A model generated the notes under the pieces. It did no database searches. It was not told the DNA's origin and saw nothing but the letters and a program-made list of their open reading frames with translations. This document shows, piece after piece, positions 46,051-60,026 of a DNA stretch of 64,000 nucleotides. This DNA is from Adineta vaga (Eukaryota; Animalia; Rotifera), in NCBI GenBank assembly GCA_021613535.1, contig CP075495.1:15624001-15688000 (forward strand). The letters are read 5' to 3'. The translations under genes and the position numbers were made by a program. Each line of letters begins with the position of its first letter. The first letter of the stretch is position 1.

Positions 46051-49000
46051 TCAAATATTTTCGAAATCATTTTGATATTTATTTAAAAAAATATCTTGTG
46101 ATTTCGAAGTGAGATCTATATAAATAACATCATCATAATTATCACCATTAAAATCAGCAACACCAATCCAAGTAAATAATGGATGAAATCTTGTTGAAAA
46201 TGCTGTTGCAACTTGAAAATCTCCTTTTCCATTTCCAATTAAAACATTGATTTGTTGATCATTATTAACAAAACCAATATCAAGATGACGATCACCATTC
46301 AAATCAGTAATAGAAATCTGACGTTTTATTCCATAATTACCTATTTGAAATTTTCTTCTTTGACCTAAAGTACCATTTCCATATCCAAACATAATATTAA
46401 TAAATTTCTGATCACTATAAGATATAGCAATATCTAATAAATAATCATTATTAAAATCAGCAATAGTGAAATATTCTGGATAATAACGTCCTCCTGTAAA
46501 TGATGTTATTATTTGTTGAAATGATCCATTTCCATAACCAAGAAATATTCCTATTTCACGATTATAAGGATTAATAAAAATAATATCTTGATAATTATCA
46601 TTATTAAAATCAGCAATAGAAATTCTTATTGGAAAACTATTTAATCCAGTATATAAAGTTATTTGTGATAAAAATGTTCCATCACCTTTTCCAATAAATA
46701 TCGCAATACTATTATTTGTAGGTAATGTAATAACAATATCTGAATATTGATCATTATTATTTAAATAACCAACAGTAAGACTTGATGCAGGTATATTATT
46801 TTTAATCCATAATTTATTAATCATCATAGTAAAAGTAGCATCACCATTTCCAAGTAAAATTAATAAATAACCTAAACTATTATGTAAAACAACAAGATCA
46901 ATTTTATTATCATTATTAAAATTAGCAATATACATTATATCCATATTTTGAAATTTAAATGTTAATGACATAATTTCTTTTTGAAAAGTTCCATTACCAT
47001 TTCCAATTAAAACATTCATACTACGTTTAGTATCACTAATAAAAGCAAGATCAAGTTGATTATCATTATTAAAATCAGCAATAACATGTGAATATAATTT
47101 AAATTCTGAACTACTTCTATCAGTTGATATTACTTGAAATTTTAATGAATGAATTGGTTCTAAATAAAAATAAATCTTAATCATTCTTAATTGAAATATT
47201 ATTTACTTTGTGTAACATTCGTTTTTTCTATATTTGTTTTTGTAGAATTTAAAATATCATTGATTGTTGAATATATAAAAGTATTGATTCTTGTAGATTC
47301 TATTAAAGATAAATTTTATTGAAAAACAAATCATTTTATGTAAAAGATTTTACTTGTTGATAAAAATTCTTTTGTTTCTATTTGAATCAATTGAATAGAA
47401 TATATAATAAGAATTGTTATTATTATCATTAATAATATACAAATAATAATCATTTTAAATGAACATCGAATGACTAAATGATTCGTTGATATCAATTCAT
47501 TATTAGATGTAGAATGATCACGATTTTCAATAGATATTTGTTCATTAATTGAAATAGGTTGAATTGTATCTCTTCGTTTTCTTTTATATCGATAAATTCG
47601 ATATATAATTTGAATTAATTTCGGACAAATCCATTGAAGAACAATTGTTAAACCACCTTGAAGACCAAATAACATTGTTATTGAATATAAAATATCATAT
47701 TGTTGAATATAATTATATGAACATATCATTGGTAAACATTGAGAGAAATAAGATGAATAATTTATTATTATATTCCATTCTTCGATAAATAATTCATCAA
47801 TTAATTTATCAATATTTGTATTTATTGAAAATCGACTTTTATTTGTTGATGAAAGTACAGAAAATGAATGTGATGTATTTGTGATATTTAAATAATATTG
47901 AATAAGTTGAATACATGATTGATTATAAAAACATTCAAAAGTTGAAAAACGAAATGATTCACTTGGTAAACAACCCATTTTCAAACCTTGAATTGGAATT
48001 ATTTCCAAAGAATTTTGATCAATGAAATTTGCTTGAATTATACAACTTGAAGATAATCCACAAGAACAATTATTATCATAAATTAATGCTCGTGTAGGTA
48101 CATATTGTTTAAATGAAATATCCCAAGGATTATAATATTGAAAATTTGTTCCATAAGTTGATATCATTGCATTTCCATGATTAATACTTCGAATTAAGAA
48201 AAAAAGACGATTGAATGTTTTTGGTGTTTTAGATTTTGTTTGTTCAATAATTGAATGAAGACGTTGATTAAATATTTCTTCAGGTAAAAGTTCAGGAGTA
48301 AAAAATAATGAAGAAAGAAATTGTTGAATTGATATATTCACAGTTTGATGAGAAAGTTGACATAATCGTTCAAGAAATTGTAAATGAGAAGAAAGAAAAC
48401 GACGATAATCATTTTGAGAATAAGACGAAAGATTTGAAATAATATTTAATGTAAAATTATTTCGTTGTTCTTCAGATGAAAATGAACTTGAACAAATCTA
48501 ATAATTAATAAATTTAATATAAACATACATCTCTTTCAATCTAACTTACCTCATGAAATAATACATTGATTTTTATTGACCAATTATATGTAGAAGCAAT
48601 TGATGAACATGGACATCGTATTTCATCGTTATAACGTTGAAAAAGTTCTTTAGATAGATTTATTGATGGATGATCGAAGGATTTTTGTATTATTTGAGGA
48701 CGAAATAAGTTGAGAATGTTAAGATAATAACAGTAATTGCAAATAAAATAATATGTAAACGAGTAGCCCATTGACCAAGATGTATCACTGTTATTGGATT
48801 GATACGACTACTAAAATCTCGAAGATAATAGATATTCAAATTTCTTATATAAGTAAAAATATATCTCATTAATTTTTGTATAATTTCTTTAATTCGATTC
48901 CATCCTTTCGTACGAACTAAAATAAAAACAATCATTATGATGTGATATTTAATAATAAATGAATTATACTTTCTCGTTGATTTCGATTTCTAAACTTATT

Positions 49001-52000
49001 AATCAAATAAAAGATAAATTTGATCAATCGAGGTAAAATTAATCGTAACGAAAGAGTAAAACCACCAATTGTTGATATAAATGTAATCATTACGTCAAAA
49101 AATGTTTTTATTCGAGTTCTTTTCAAATAACTACAATATTTTGGTCGACATGATTGATAAAACTGTTCATATGAAGATAATACATTCCATTTTTCGATCA
49201 TAATCTCTTTGATTATTGTTGATATTGTTGTAGTTGGAGGAAAACGACTTGAAGTCGAATTATAAATCAATGGTTGAACATGAAACCATTCTGGATATTC
49301 AACATTGTGAATATATGTCTTTTCACTATATTTCATTAGAATTGAAAAACAATCAGAATCATTATAATAACATTGAAATGTTGATAACATGAATGAATCG
49401 ATAGTAGAACATCCAATGACTAATCCTGGTACAATATAACGATTGATATAGATTGGAATGAATGTTGATTCTTTATCTATATCATAAATACCAATAGAAT
49501 CTTGACAACTAGCATTAATAGCACAAATACATAACGATGATTGGGATTGAGAATATCGTGGTCCAATTAATTGAAATATAACCTAAGAATAAGATGATCA
49601 ATTTATATCACTGAATATATTCAGATCGGAGAATCTGGTTCTGAAAAATCTCGATATCTAGTATAGAAAAATTGAAATCTGATGTCATTTCATCAGCAGA
49701 AATCCTCTCAGAATTTGTTGGATGTTTGGAATTTACAAGATTCTGTAAAATTCTATGTCGGATAGATGAATCTGGATGGAGAAATAAGATAAATTTCAAC
49801 TATTCAACTTTAAAAGTTGTACATATTCAGTGAATGTTAAGAAATAAATACCTCTACTGTTATTTTATCAGTTGTTTCATTTTTTGTGAATATTCCAATT
49901 GGATTTTGATCTTCGTATGTTCGACCATATTGTCTAATTGATCCAAAATAAGGTTGATCAACTTGTTTAAGAATTTCTGTTGTTTCAATAAACAAATCAA
50001 AATAATCAATAGTTGATTGAGAAAATTGATCAATTGTTGTATTCATTTGTTCATAAAACTCATTTTCGTTTAATACATTTGAAATAACAAATACTTGTAA
50101 AAGAAAATGATCAATCGCATCAGTAATTGTTTCATTAGATAATTTACAAAGATCAGATAATAATTGAAATTGTGATGATGCTGTATTTCTCCAATCAACC
50201 GTTTGATATTTCGTTTGTATATCTTTTAATATAAGTAACCATCGACTATTAACAAAATCACTTGAACAGATCTGATGAAATCGTGGAGAAAATGATATGA
50301 AGGTTTTGTAAGGTATGATAAGATTTGAACATGGACATTGAAGTGTTGTTGAATATATCATTTGTAAATCATTGTAAATAGTTAATGATGGATTAGTTTT
50401 TGTTATTAGAATCATATTCGTGTTTAATGAATGGAAAAGAAGAAGTGCGAAACATAAACCTTAATAAAAAAATAGAGAAAAAAAAATTCATATTTCTATG
50501 TATGAAGATAAAGATATGTATAAATATACTAATTAATAATATTAAATAAAGACGTGTAGTTATCTTTTGTTGTTTAATATCGAACTCTGTTCTTTGATCA
50601 ATGTTTTTGAATAGATTTAATCGTTTCATATATAAACTAGATCGACGTATCTTCATTATTAATGAATCTATAAATAAGCAAAAAAAAACAAAAGATAAGA
50701 AAATGAATCGTTTTATAATTAAATAATTATACCATTTTGATTATTTCTATTTTTGAAATAATTTTTCGATTGAAAACAAATATTAACTAAAAATGGTGTA
50801 ATTAATCGTAAAAGAATGATAAGACCACCATAAAGACTAATGAGTAATGTAATTGCATGAGAAAAATCTGTATGATCCCAACTTGTATAAGTACAAAATG
50901 AAGGTGAACATTGAATAAAATATTCTAAATAATCAATATCTATTGACCATTGTTGAACAAATAAATCATTGAGATATTCATAAATTGATTTCTTTTCTTG
51001 ATTTGAAGATAGAAGAGAATCATTCCATGTATTATTTATTTTATTAAGATTAGGAAATTTTGTAATTAATAATTGAATACAATTCAATGAATATAAACAA
51101 TCGAATGTTGTTTGAAGAAGAGCTTCAAGTGGTGTACATCCAGTAAAGAATCCATTGACTAATGAATCATTTGAACCAGCTTTTTTCCATCCAACATAAG
51201 AAGTATAAAAATAATTAGTTGGAAGTTTATTAAAAGTTACTTGACTTGTAGGATTTGTAATACTACAACCCATAGAAATCTCTGTAGAATTATCATTATT
51301 ATTGAGATGTATGATATGAAATGTTTCTGTACTGAAAAGTTGGTAAGTGGTTTTGGTTCTATCAATTACAATTAAATGATTGGTATTTAATGCTGAAATT
51401 AAATAATTCGCTCGATTTGCACTTCGAAGATAATTTAGAAATGAAATCATTCGAGTCGATAAACTATTTCGAAAAAATTTAATAGTATTATTAACTATTG
51501 ATTGAATTTGAGATTGAGAAAGTAAATTATTCGTAATAAATTCATAATTATTTAAATCAATTTCACTTTCAAAAATTGTCTTTTGAGAAAATGAACAAAG
51601 ATCAGATAAAAGTTGAAACTAAATTAAAAGAAAAAATACAAACATTAGTATTTGTATAATAGACCAATGATATTAATAACTATAGAGAAAATAATCTATT
51701 GTAAAGAAATTGTATCTCTTACTTGAGAATATGCTGTTGTTCGAAAATCATCTATTCCATAAAAATTTGTCGTATTCATATATAATGATTCAATCCATTC
51801 TTTTTTAATAAATATACTTGAACAAATAGGATGAAATCGAATTGTATTATTAACAAAATTCTTAAATAGAATATTAATATTTGAACATGGACATGAAAAT
51901 GTTTCTTGATGTTTAAAATAAAGTTTTGTAAAACTTTCATAAGATATATTTGAATAAATAATCGTTTTTTGTTGGTATTGAATTAAATTAGTGTAGAAAA

Positions 52001-52385
52001 GTAAATATATAGAAACTAAACAATGAGAAAGATTAATCTTTTATTTTTAATAAACGATTTTAATCAAACAATATTGACATAACTAAATAATATTCTTTCA
52101 GAAGAATTTTATACTTGACATTCGAAGTAATTTATGATATACTAACGAATATTAGTCATTCTGAAAGATTTTGATCGTAATACGGTCAAAGGTCGAATAA
52201 GTACAAAAATTCATTTTCTTACCTAAAAGAAAAAGAATATAAAACCATGTTGTATATTTTTGTTGTTTAAGAAGAATTAATGGATCTTTTTGTTCATTAT
52301 GATCATCATTATAATCATTGATTTCGTTTTTAAATAAATTATAATTTTGTATTCGTTGAATAATTTCATAAAAGAAGATTTTCAT
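46051..52385 (-). CDS. Large multi-exon membrane protein: three tandem [TM - Cys-rich ectodomain - TM] units, a further TM, a stalk and FG-GAP/VCBS repeats; one frameshift near 48700-48725
   Basis: Each unit has T[RW]xxxL-TM, CPCS, FHxICSS, QxLxxLC, GC...[ST]FxCxY, W...Y..C.P..C.Y and GG[LF]-TM. The C-terminal ORF 46051-47184 has repeated ADFNNDxxxD and LGxGxGTF. Confidence 0.75.
49609..49832. mobile_element. Small TIR element inside an intron
   Basis: 10-bp TIR CACTGAATAT / ATATTCAGTG enlarges the intron to about 270 bp. No clean TSD. Confidence 0.45.
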
Positions 52386-52872
52386 TTCGATTATTCTAAA
52401 AAAGAAAAAGAAATAATAAAAATGAATTTCTTAACTTTAATTTGATAGAATAAATTATTAATTCTCGTCTCGTTCTAATTCTGATACATTCATTTCAATA
52501 TAAATAAGAAAATAACCTTTTTTTTTCTCTCGATCAGGAAACTTTGCATTTCCTAGAAAAGATAAGTGACTTTCAAAAAGTTAATCAATAGTTTAAATCA
52601 ACAAAAGATTTCATTGAAATTCTTTCTTTCTACATCTGTTATAATATTATTTATTAGTTAAAATTCACCTTCGTCATATTAAAAATAAATGAGATTAGAT
52701 TAAATAGCGTGTTGCAGATGTAGATTTAACTAACCCTGGTATTCTCAAGTCTGTTTTTAGCGATAAAAAAATGTTAGTAGTTCGAAAGTTAATAGAATTA
52801 TTGATGAAATTCTTATAAGAACAAAAGAAATAATGTTTGTGATTATGATATGTCTTACAATAGATTTATATC

Positions 52873-52877
52873 GCCGG

Positions 52878-52934
<57 letters not shown>

Positions 52935-52945
52935 GGGTCACGGCA
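52873..52945 (+). tRNA. trnF: tRNA-Phe(GAA), copy 2
   Basis: Identical to copy 1, including the tagatttatatc leader and ttctcttcttttt trailer. Confidence 0.97.
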
Positions 52946-53239
52946 TTCTCTTCTTTTTTCTTGGAAAGATCTTTCTTAATAATTTATCATCTGAAAACAT
53001 ATGATTCAGATAGAATTTCTTTTTTCTATTTCAAATTCTTCGACTTCGAAGATGTTTTTTTTGTAACGTTTGAATTACCATCAATAAACAGAATGAATTA
53101 AATCTTTATTAAATAATAAATGCAGAAGAAAAAAATATGAAATAATCTTAATTAATTAATATTAAACAAACAAAAGAAAAAGAAAAGATAATCTAAACAG
53201 TTCAATGTCGAAATAAATCTAATCAATGAAATAAGAATT

Positions 53240-53731
53240 TTAATTATTAAAATATTTTTGCCATTGATTATTTGAATCAAAATTGATTTGATTTGAATTT
53301 GTTACTTGTAAACATGATTTGGTATTATTTCGAATAATTTTTTCATAATAATTAGTAACTTTATCCATCATTAAACGATATTCAGCAAGAATTTCACCTA
53401 AATGTGCTGTTTGACGACTACCTAATAATAAACCATTTTGAATAGGATTTTCTCCATCAATACTTATATGTGAATACATTCCTAATGGTGCATTAATCAT
53501 TGCACCAAGTTCAATCCATGTTGCATTATTAACTGCTTTCCATCGTGATGGAACAACAAAAAATCCAATATCATTTTGATTTAATGGACGATAACGAGGT
53601 GGACGTCGATCAGTTGTAAATAAAGAATATTCTTGTAAAACTGATTTTAATGTACATAAACAAAATTCTGGGGAATTTTCTGTTGAAATATATTGAAGAA
53701 AAAGAATTAAGAAACAAATAATCACTTTCAT
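53240..53731 (-). CDS. Unknown secreted protein, 163 aa
   Basis: Intact ORF with an N-terminal signal peptide; no family recognised. Confidence 0.7.
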   Translation of the reverse strand: MKVIICFLILFLQYISTENSPEFCLCTLKSVLQEYSLFTTDRRPPRYRPLNQNDIGFFVVPSRWKAVNNATWIELGAMINAPLGMYSHISIDGENPIQNGLLLGSRQTAHLGEILAEYRLMMDKVTNYYEKIIRNNTKSCLQVTNSNQINFDSNNQWQKYFNN

Positions 53732-54399
53732 TTTGAATCAATTCAATTGCTTAGAAAGAGAAATGTACTCGTTGAATGTAACAAACTATTTAACACGCGA
53801 TGGATGGATGAAATATACTGATGTAATCGAAGGAAAGAGATATGCATGAACAAGTAATGACGACGATTTTTCGTTCGACAGAAAGTGAATAAAAAGAAAC
53901 ATATGTTATGCATTAATGAAAATGATTAACAAGTTATCGATTATGTCATTGATTTCAATGAAATATCAACGTTTTTTTTTTATTCTACATTCAAACTAAT
54001 TTTTAAAAAAAAGAATTTTTCATAAGAAAATATTTGTTCAATCAAGTAATGAGCGACGTCTATCGAAATCTGACAAGAAAATCACCATGAAAGTGTTAAA
54101 AAGCTTTTCTATCATGAGATATAATGGTTAGTTAGGGCATAGTTAGAAGTGATATGCCTGAGCTATCGATTTTTTTACTAGAATGTCCTTATAGGACTCG
54201 CGATTTCGTCCATGAAACTTTATTCGTATCAAGGTCTCAACTATAGAGTTATTCATCTACTTGTAATATACAATGATATTGATTTACATTTGACATAATT
54301 AAATTAAAAAATATCTTCATCATTTGGAAGAATATATGTATATCTCAATATAAAAATCAATGCTTGTTTTTTTTTTCTTCTTTTAAAAAGATTTAAATC

Positions 54400-54960
54400 A
54401 TTAATAATTACCCAAAAAGAAGATTATTATTTGTATTGATTGTTTGTGAAGATATGAAAATAGCTGGAAAATATTTCGTTATTTGACAATGAGGAAATAA
54501 ATGATTTAATTCAATTTCAGTAACAATTAAATGGAATTTGTCGAATAAATAATTTTCTTTTATTAGATTCTTGAAAAGTTTTTAAATAATATGACATTTT
54601 TTCAGCATATTCAATTTGACAATTATTATACCAAGAAGATGAAAATATTGTTTCTACATTTATTGGTATTAATATTTCATCTATTGAAAATTCGAAAAGT
54701 TTTTCCAATTAATTTTAAAATTGTTTGATTAGGTATTTGATGTAAATTAAAATAATTTCGTGAAGTTTTTTCATCAAAGAAACTTTTATTTTTTAAAGCG
54801 AAATTATAATTTTTATTTAATTGAATTTTAATTGCACCAAATTCTACTAAATATTTTTCATATTTTAATATAAAATTTAGAAGATTATATAAATCATTAT
54901 TATTTGCTTCGAATATTGGAACGCATTGATTGATATTGAACACATTTTCGTTTTCTTCTT
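54400..54960 (-). pseudogene. Decayed JmjN(-JmjC) histone-demethylase-like fragment
   Basis: VPIFEANNNDLYNLLNFILKYEKYLVEFGAIKI resembles JmjN; frameshifts and stops follow downstream. Confidence 0.5.
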
Positions 54961-55810
54961 CTTCGAGATATTAAAAATTTAATGAAAATTTCAAGTTAAA
55001 CAATGTTAAGATTGTTCTTCCTTTTCTACAATATAAGTTTTTCTGTAAATTCTAGTCGTTAATTTCAAAAGGATTGGGATTGAAAGACAAATGAACTTAC
55101 TCAATATTTGTCAATTGTATTTCAAATAATTTTCTACGTGAACAGAAAAATTGTAAATAATAACGTTTCTTTTTTATAATTATTTGTAAGAAAAAGTCGC
55201 AATTACCTCAAGGTTATATGTATGTCAGAGCAATTGCAGTGAAAAATCGAAAATAACAGATTAATCAAGAAGGAAAAAGATTTGGGTATGGGACATTATG
55301 ATAAATAATTTAGTGTAAACGATATTTTATGGTACAAAACGAACAATTTTTAATAATTGAAATTATATTTCAATTTCTCAAATTGATTTGATAAATAAAG
55401 AAAAAAAAAGTCATTTGACATAAAATATCAACGTCTCATCCTTTTTTTCTCTTCAAGAATATTTCTCCTCGAACGTATGACATGTGTTTTTATACTTAAA
55501 CGTTTTCCTTCTGCTACGTATATCCAATCATCACGTAAATCAGTAAAACTTTTTTGTTTCTTATCTCCAAAGTAAATCCTCTTATAAAATACAATTTTTA
55601 CATTGATATGTCACTGATAGAAAGATACAAGTTTTAATATAGTTCTTTTGACCTCACACGTTTTTCGTCCAAACGACAGAGAAAAAGTGACGATCGACGA
55701 TAATTTATTGTGTCGACCGAATAAAAACCGTATTGCATATTTATATACATTTATAATCGAAAAATCGTTTTCTTTTAAAATTTGATTTTTTGAGAAAAAA
55801 AAGAAGAGAA

Positions 55811-55821
55811 TGCCGTGACCC

Positions 55822-55878
<57 letters not shown>

Positions 55879-55883
55879 CCGGC
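55811..55883 (-). tRNA. trnF: tRNA-Phe(GAA), copy 3
   Basis: Exact reverse complement of copy 1. Confidence 0.97.
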
Positions 55884-55981
55884 GATACAAATCCATTGAA
55901 AAAGAATTTTTAATCTTAAATCCATTTTTTTTTCATTATTCTTAATTGATTTTTATAAAAAAGATCAGATGAAAAGTTTTA

Positions 55982-56653
55982 TTATTTATTTTGATAAACT
56001 AAATTAAGAACCATATTGATATTTTTATAACTTATTTTCTTTTTTGGACATTGAATTTTATATAATCCATTATCGATTGTTAATTTAGCATCTTGGTGAA
56101 CTTTTTCGCAATTCAATGTTATATCCAATTTAAATTGGCCAGCAGGAATCTTACTACGATAACTAACTACTGATTCAAATTGATCTTTTATATTAACTCT
56201 CGAACCTTCAATACTGACAAATTTATCAATAACTTTTATTTTTAAATCTTCTTTTTTTATAACAGCATAAATATCGTCATTAGTTTCATATAAATCATAA
56301 AATGGTTGCCATTGTCCATATTCAATAGAACCTATTCCTAAAAGATGACTACTATCATCATAAAGCAATTTCGATGGTAAATTTAATTCATATGGATTTT
56401 CCATATCTTTTCGTTGACTAAGAATAATAAACTGTTTTTGATAATGTAATTGAACTTCAAGTTTCAGTTGATTTTCATCATTGGAAATTTTATTATTTCA
56501 TTAATAAAATCAAGATTTTTTTCTCTGTTCTACTGCATTCGTGTGTGAAATATTCATTATAGCATCGATAGTTTGTCTGTTCCATATTTTCGCTGCTTTG
56601 GAAACAGTTTTTGCAAGAATAAAATGACGAATTTTAATACTATTAACATATAG
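55982..56653 (-). pseudogene. 3' exon of a gene ending in an HSP20/alpha-crystallin-like domain, disrupted
   Basis: YDLYETNDDIY...VSIEGSR...GQFKLDITL...IDNGLYKIQCPKK. The upstream frame IRHFILAK... is broken by a frameshift near 56470. Acceptor site at about 56654. Confidence 0.5.
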
Positions 56654-57164
56654 CTGTAAAAATATATAGGTACATCATACGAAACGGAACCTCACGACAT
56701 AACACATTTCTAACAGAATCAAATACAAAACCTTTATCCGAATAACATTTAATTTTAATGAGTAAAAAGGAAAAGATCTAATGATAATGATATAAGATCA
56801 AATATCGTGATTCTATTCTTATTAGATTCTATTCAAGATATTGAAATATGAAATGAATTTTCTTTGAATAAAATTGATAGAAGATAAATTTATTTCAATA
56901 AAAATCAAATTTGAAAAACATCTTTTAACCTAATATCAATTGTACACACATATTTGTTAAGAAATTTAATTGAGATTAGTTTTCCATCATATGAAAATTA
57001 ATCTGTTTTATTCTATAACAAGAACATCAAAGTAAAGTCGAAATTTACAACAGAACAATGCAGTATGTGTAGAATTAATATGAAAATCAGTGATGAGAAT
57101 ATACGATAGTAACTCAGTTAATAATTGACCAATATTTAGTATTGACATATTCGTTCAATAAAAT

Positions 57165-57242
57165 CTTGAGGTTTGAGTGAGTGTGGCTGTATGTCCCCAT
57201 ATTTCTCACCCACACTCACACCCACCCATTCTACCCTCTAAG
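57165..57242. repeat. Telomere-repeat-like hairpin, degenerate copy
   Basis: cttgaggtttgagtgagtgtgg...cacccacactcacacccacccattctaccctctaag. Confidence 0.6.
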
Positions 57243-57569
57243 CTCTCAGATCGTAGGGTGGATGTAAGCGAGAGTGCTATTTTAGGCACGGCGGGAATCA
57301 TCCTGTTGAGGATACAGAAGCTCAATTAATTCAGTCTTCATCGGGTACCCTCCCCCCTATTTCATTATAAAGAACAGTTTTTTTTTAAATTATTTTCCCC
57401 TTTCATAGATTATAGAACTTCGAACAGAGCTTTTTTCTGGTCATAGTAAAATCAGTAATGTTAAACTTGAAATTTGAATTGAAAGTTCAATTGAACACAA
57501 CTTTCAAGTTTTACATGTATAGAAAAAATAGATTTAAGAGTGAAAAATCTTTTTAAATAGATTTGTATC

Positions 57570-57574
57570 GCCGG

Positions 57575-57631
<57 letters not shown>

Positions 57632-57642
57632 GGGTCACGGCA
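57570..57642 (+). tRNA. trnF: tRNA-Phe(GAA), copy 4
   Basis: Identical to copy 1. The downstream 130 bp or so is homologous (inverted) to that of copy 3. Confidence 0.97.
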
Positions 57643-59464
57643 TTCTCTTCTTTTTTTCAAGGTGAATTTTTAGTTAATAAATGTATATACATATGCACTA
57701 CGATTTTATTCGGTCGACACAAGAAACTATCGTGGATCGTTCCTTTTTCTCTCCGGTTTGGAAGAAAAACGTGTGAGGTTAAATGAACATTCTACAGCTG
57801 AGTTTTCAAAGAGCTATCAATCTTCAATCTGACAAAATATTTTCTTTAGAACTTAAAATCTCAACGCGTTCACTTTTTCCCTGCTTTACTTTATGAAGAT
57901 TATTTTGAATTCTCACTATGGTTATATGTCTGACCAGTACGAATGAGTGTTGATTTTAAAGGATGATAATTCTGTTTTATTTTCGTAGTGTGAATAGAGC
58001 CTGAAAGACATCCATGCATATCATATGAAAACAAAATGATCTTCTCAGTACACAAGAAAATAAACGAAAATGAATACAACTGAATAATATCTAGTGTGCT
58101 GTTGATGAAGTTGGTATTCCACATTCCACAGAGGGTTGTTTCAATTTTGGTTCATCGAATACAATGCCTTGTTTTGACATAAACATTAGTTTCATGTAAA
58201 AAATTTTAAATCGTGTAGCCACATCGATGACATTCTATAAAGCAAACAATTTAACATCATGAATATTTAATTGGTCATTATTATCAAGAAATAAAAATTA
58301 TGCTTATCACAATGATTTACATTTGTTTCGAATTTTCTATAAATAATTTTCTTCTAGTACAGCTATGACGTTGACTGGCTATTTATTCAATATGAACAAT
58401 GAAGAATAGAATAAGATGAAACAAAGTTTTTCCGAATATTATGCATTTGATATACTTTGCTATGGAAATCTAAGCGTTCAAAGAGTGAAAAATTCAATTG
58501 TTCAATATCAAAGAGAATTCTCTTCTATTGAAATAATCAATATTGATTAATTTCTGACTTTAATGATTTCACAAAGATTTTAGACTAAAGGAGAAAATCG
58601 GATATTCTAACGATTATAAGATACCAACTGGCATTTTCATCGTAGATTATTTATCTATTTCCATAGATGTAGTATTATATAAACAAAAATACATAACAAA
58701 TACATTCGTGAGAGTTTTGCATGTACACTGATAGATTCAATTATTGAATGTGGCTTCCATGTCAAAAAAATATAACTATGCTTGATCAACTGTCTTCTAT
58801 TAGTATGGAAACAAATTATTCGTTATTTGATCGAATCCGAGTATTTCATAGAAGTATAGTAAACGTTGGCTAATAGTTTAAATTTAATCAAAAACAGACG
58901 ATGTCTGAATTCATCAAACCGAGGTAATAATTATGCTCCTTACATTAACTTTCAATTGGATCGTTCCATTTCAATCGCTTAGAGAGATGCATTTATAATG
59001 ATATCGATGGAGAGAAAAAAATAACAAAGTAGAACATTTCTCGGAAACTGTATGCTGAAGCTCAAGAGTTCCTAGAAAGCAGGGACATATAAAAAAAACT
59101 AGTTTGTATTGTGTATGTTTGTATCAGGATCAAAGGTCTAGAAAACATTGAAAACCAACATTAGGTGAGCGTGGAGTGATGGGTGGGTGATTTTAGTATC
59201 ATAATTATAAATATTTTAATAACAAATTGAAAGCCCCTTTTAAGGATTTTTTGTAATAGTTTTTCATCATTATTTTTGTTGCAGTATATGTCATTTTAAT
59301 ATAATTTTTCCATGAAAAGTTTTGCCTGGGCATCACACCTAGTGTGTAAACTACTACATAGCCAATGTTCACAATGGGTCTCATCGGTTTCATCTTGAGG
59401 ATGAGTCGAGATCAAGGGGGTAAAAGTGAGACTTCCGTACTTCGAAGTATCGTGGAAGTATATG

Positions 59465-60026
59465 AAAGTACTGAATTATAGAAGTCTGGCTTTTCCCACT
59501 TGAATTCTACTCATTGTTAGCTGTTTACATGGAATACATATTCTTTTGTACTATGATATTTCATCTATCAGTAAAGCTAGTGTAATTATTAATGATACTT
59601 ATTCTGAGTACGGCATATTTTATTTACTAGGTGTTGTTTGTGTAATACCACGTTTAATTTTAATTATATTTGGATAGTTCACCTATCGCAATATTCATCA
59701 AACAACAGTTCTTGCTGAATCACATGCTGATCGTTAATTGGTCAAAATGACTTTAGTTCAAATCATACTTGTTCTTATTAGTCTAATTCCATATGGTATT
59801 TACTCTGCCTACAATTTAAGCACAACTAGAATTATCAAAGATTTCGATCGACAATTGAAAGAATATTTTTCGCCAACACTGTTCAGTATGGTGACATAAT
59901 TTCATTTTGTCGTATGTTAATTAAGCCTTTATTCAGACATGTTTTCATATATTCTTGATTTCATCAAGTCGGTTTCGAAAAAAATGTCAGAGATCAAGTA
60001 TTCTGGTGGCGACAACGGATATCAAA
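59465..60026 (+). pseudogene. GPCR pseudogene fragment (TM4-TM7), paralogue of 62432-63402
   Basis: IFG*FTYRNIHQTTVLAESHADR*LVKMTLVQIILVLISLIPYG aligns with FGWLTYHNIHQTLVLVHLRANRQLIRMTFIHALLVIFSLVPFG; contains in-frame stops. Confidence 0.75.

Noticed and set aside
45529-52945. Prokaryote-style integrative island with attL/attR in tRNA-Phe
   Set aside because: No integrase, both tRNA copies are complete, and the cargo gene has spliceosomal introns. Kept only as a weaker recombination hypothesis.
55611-55925. 104-aa ORF containing AGIAQLGERQTEDLKVPGSIPG
   Set aside because: It is the translation of the tRNA-Phe gene.
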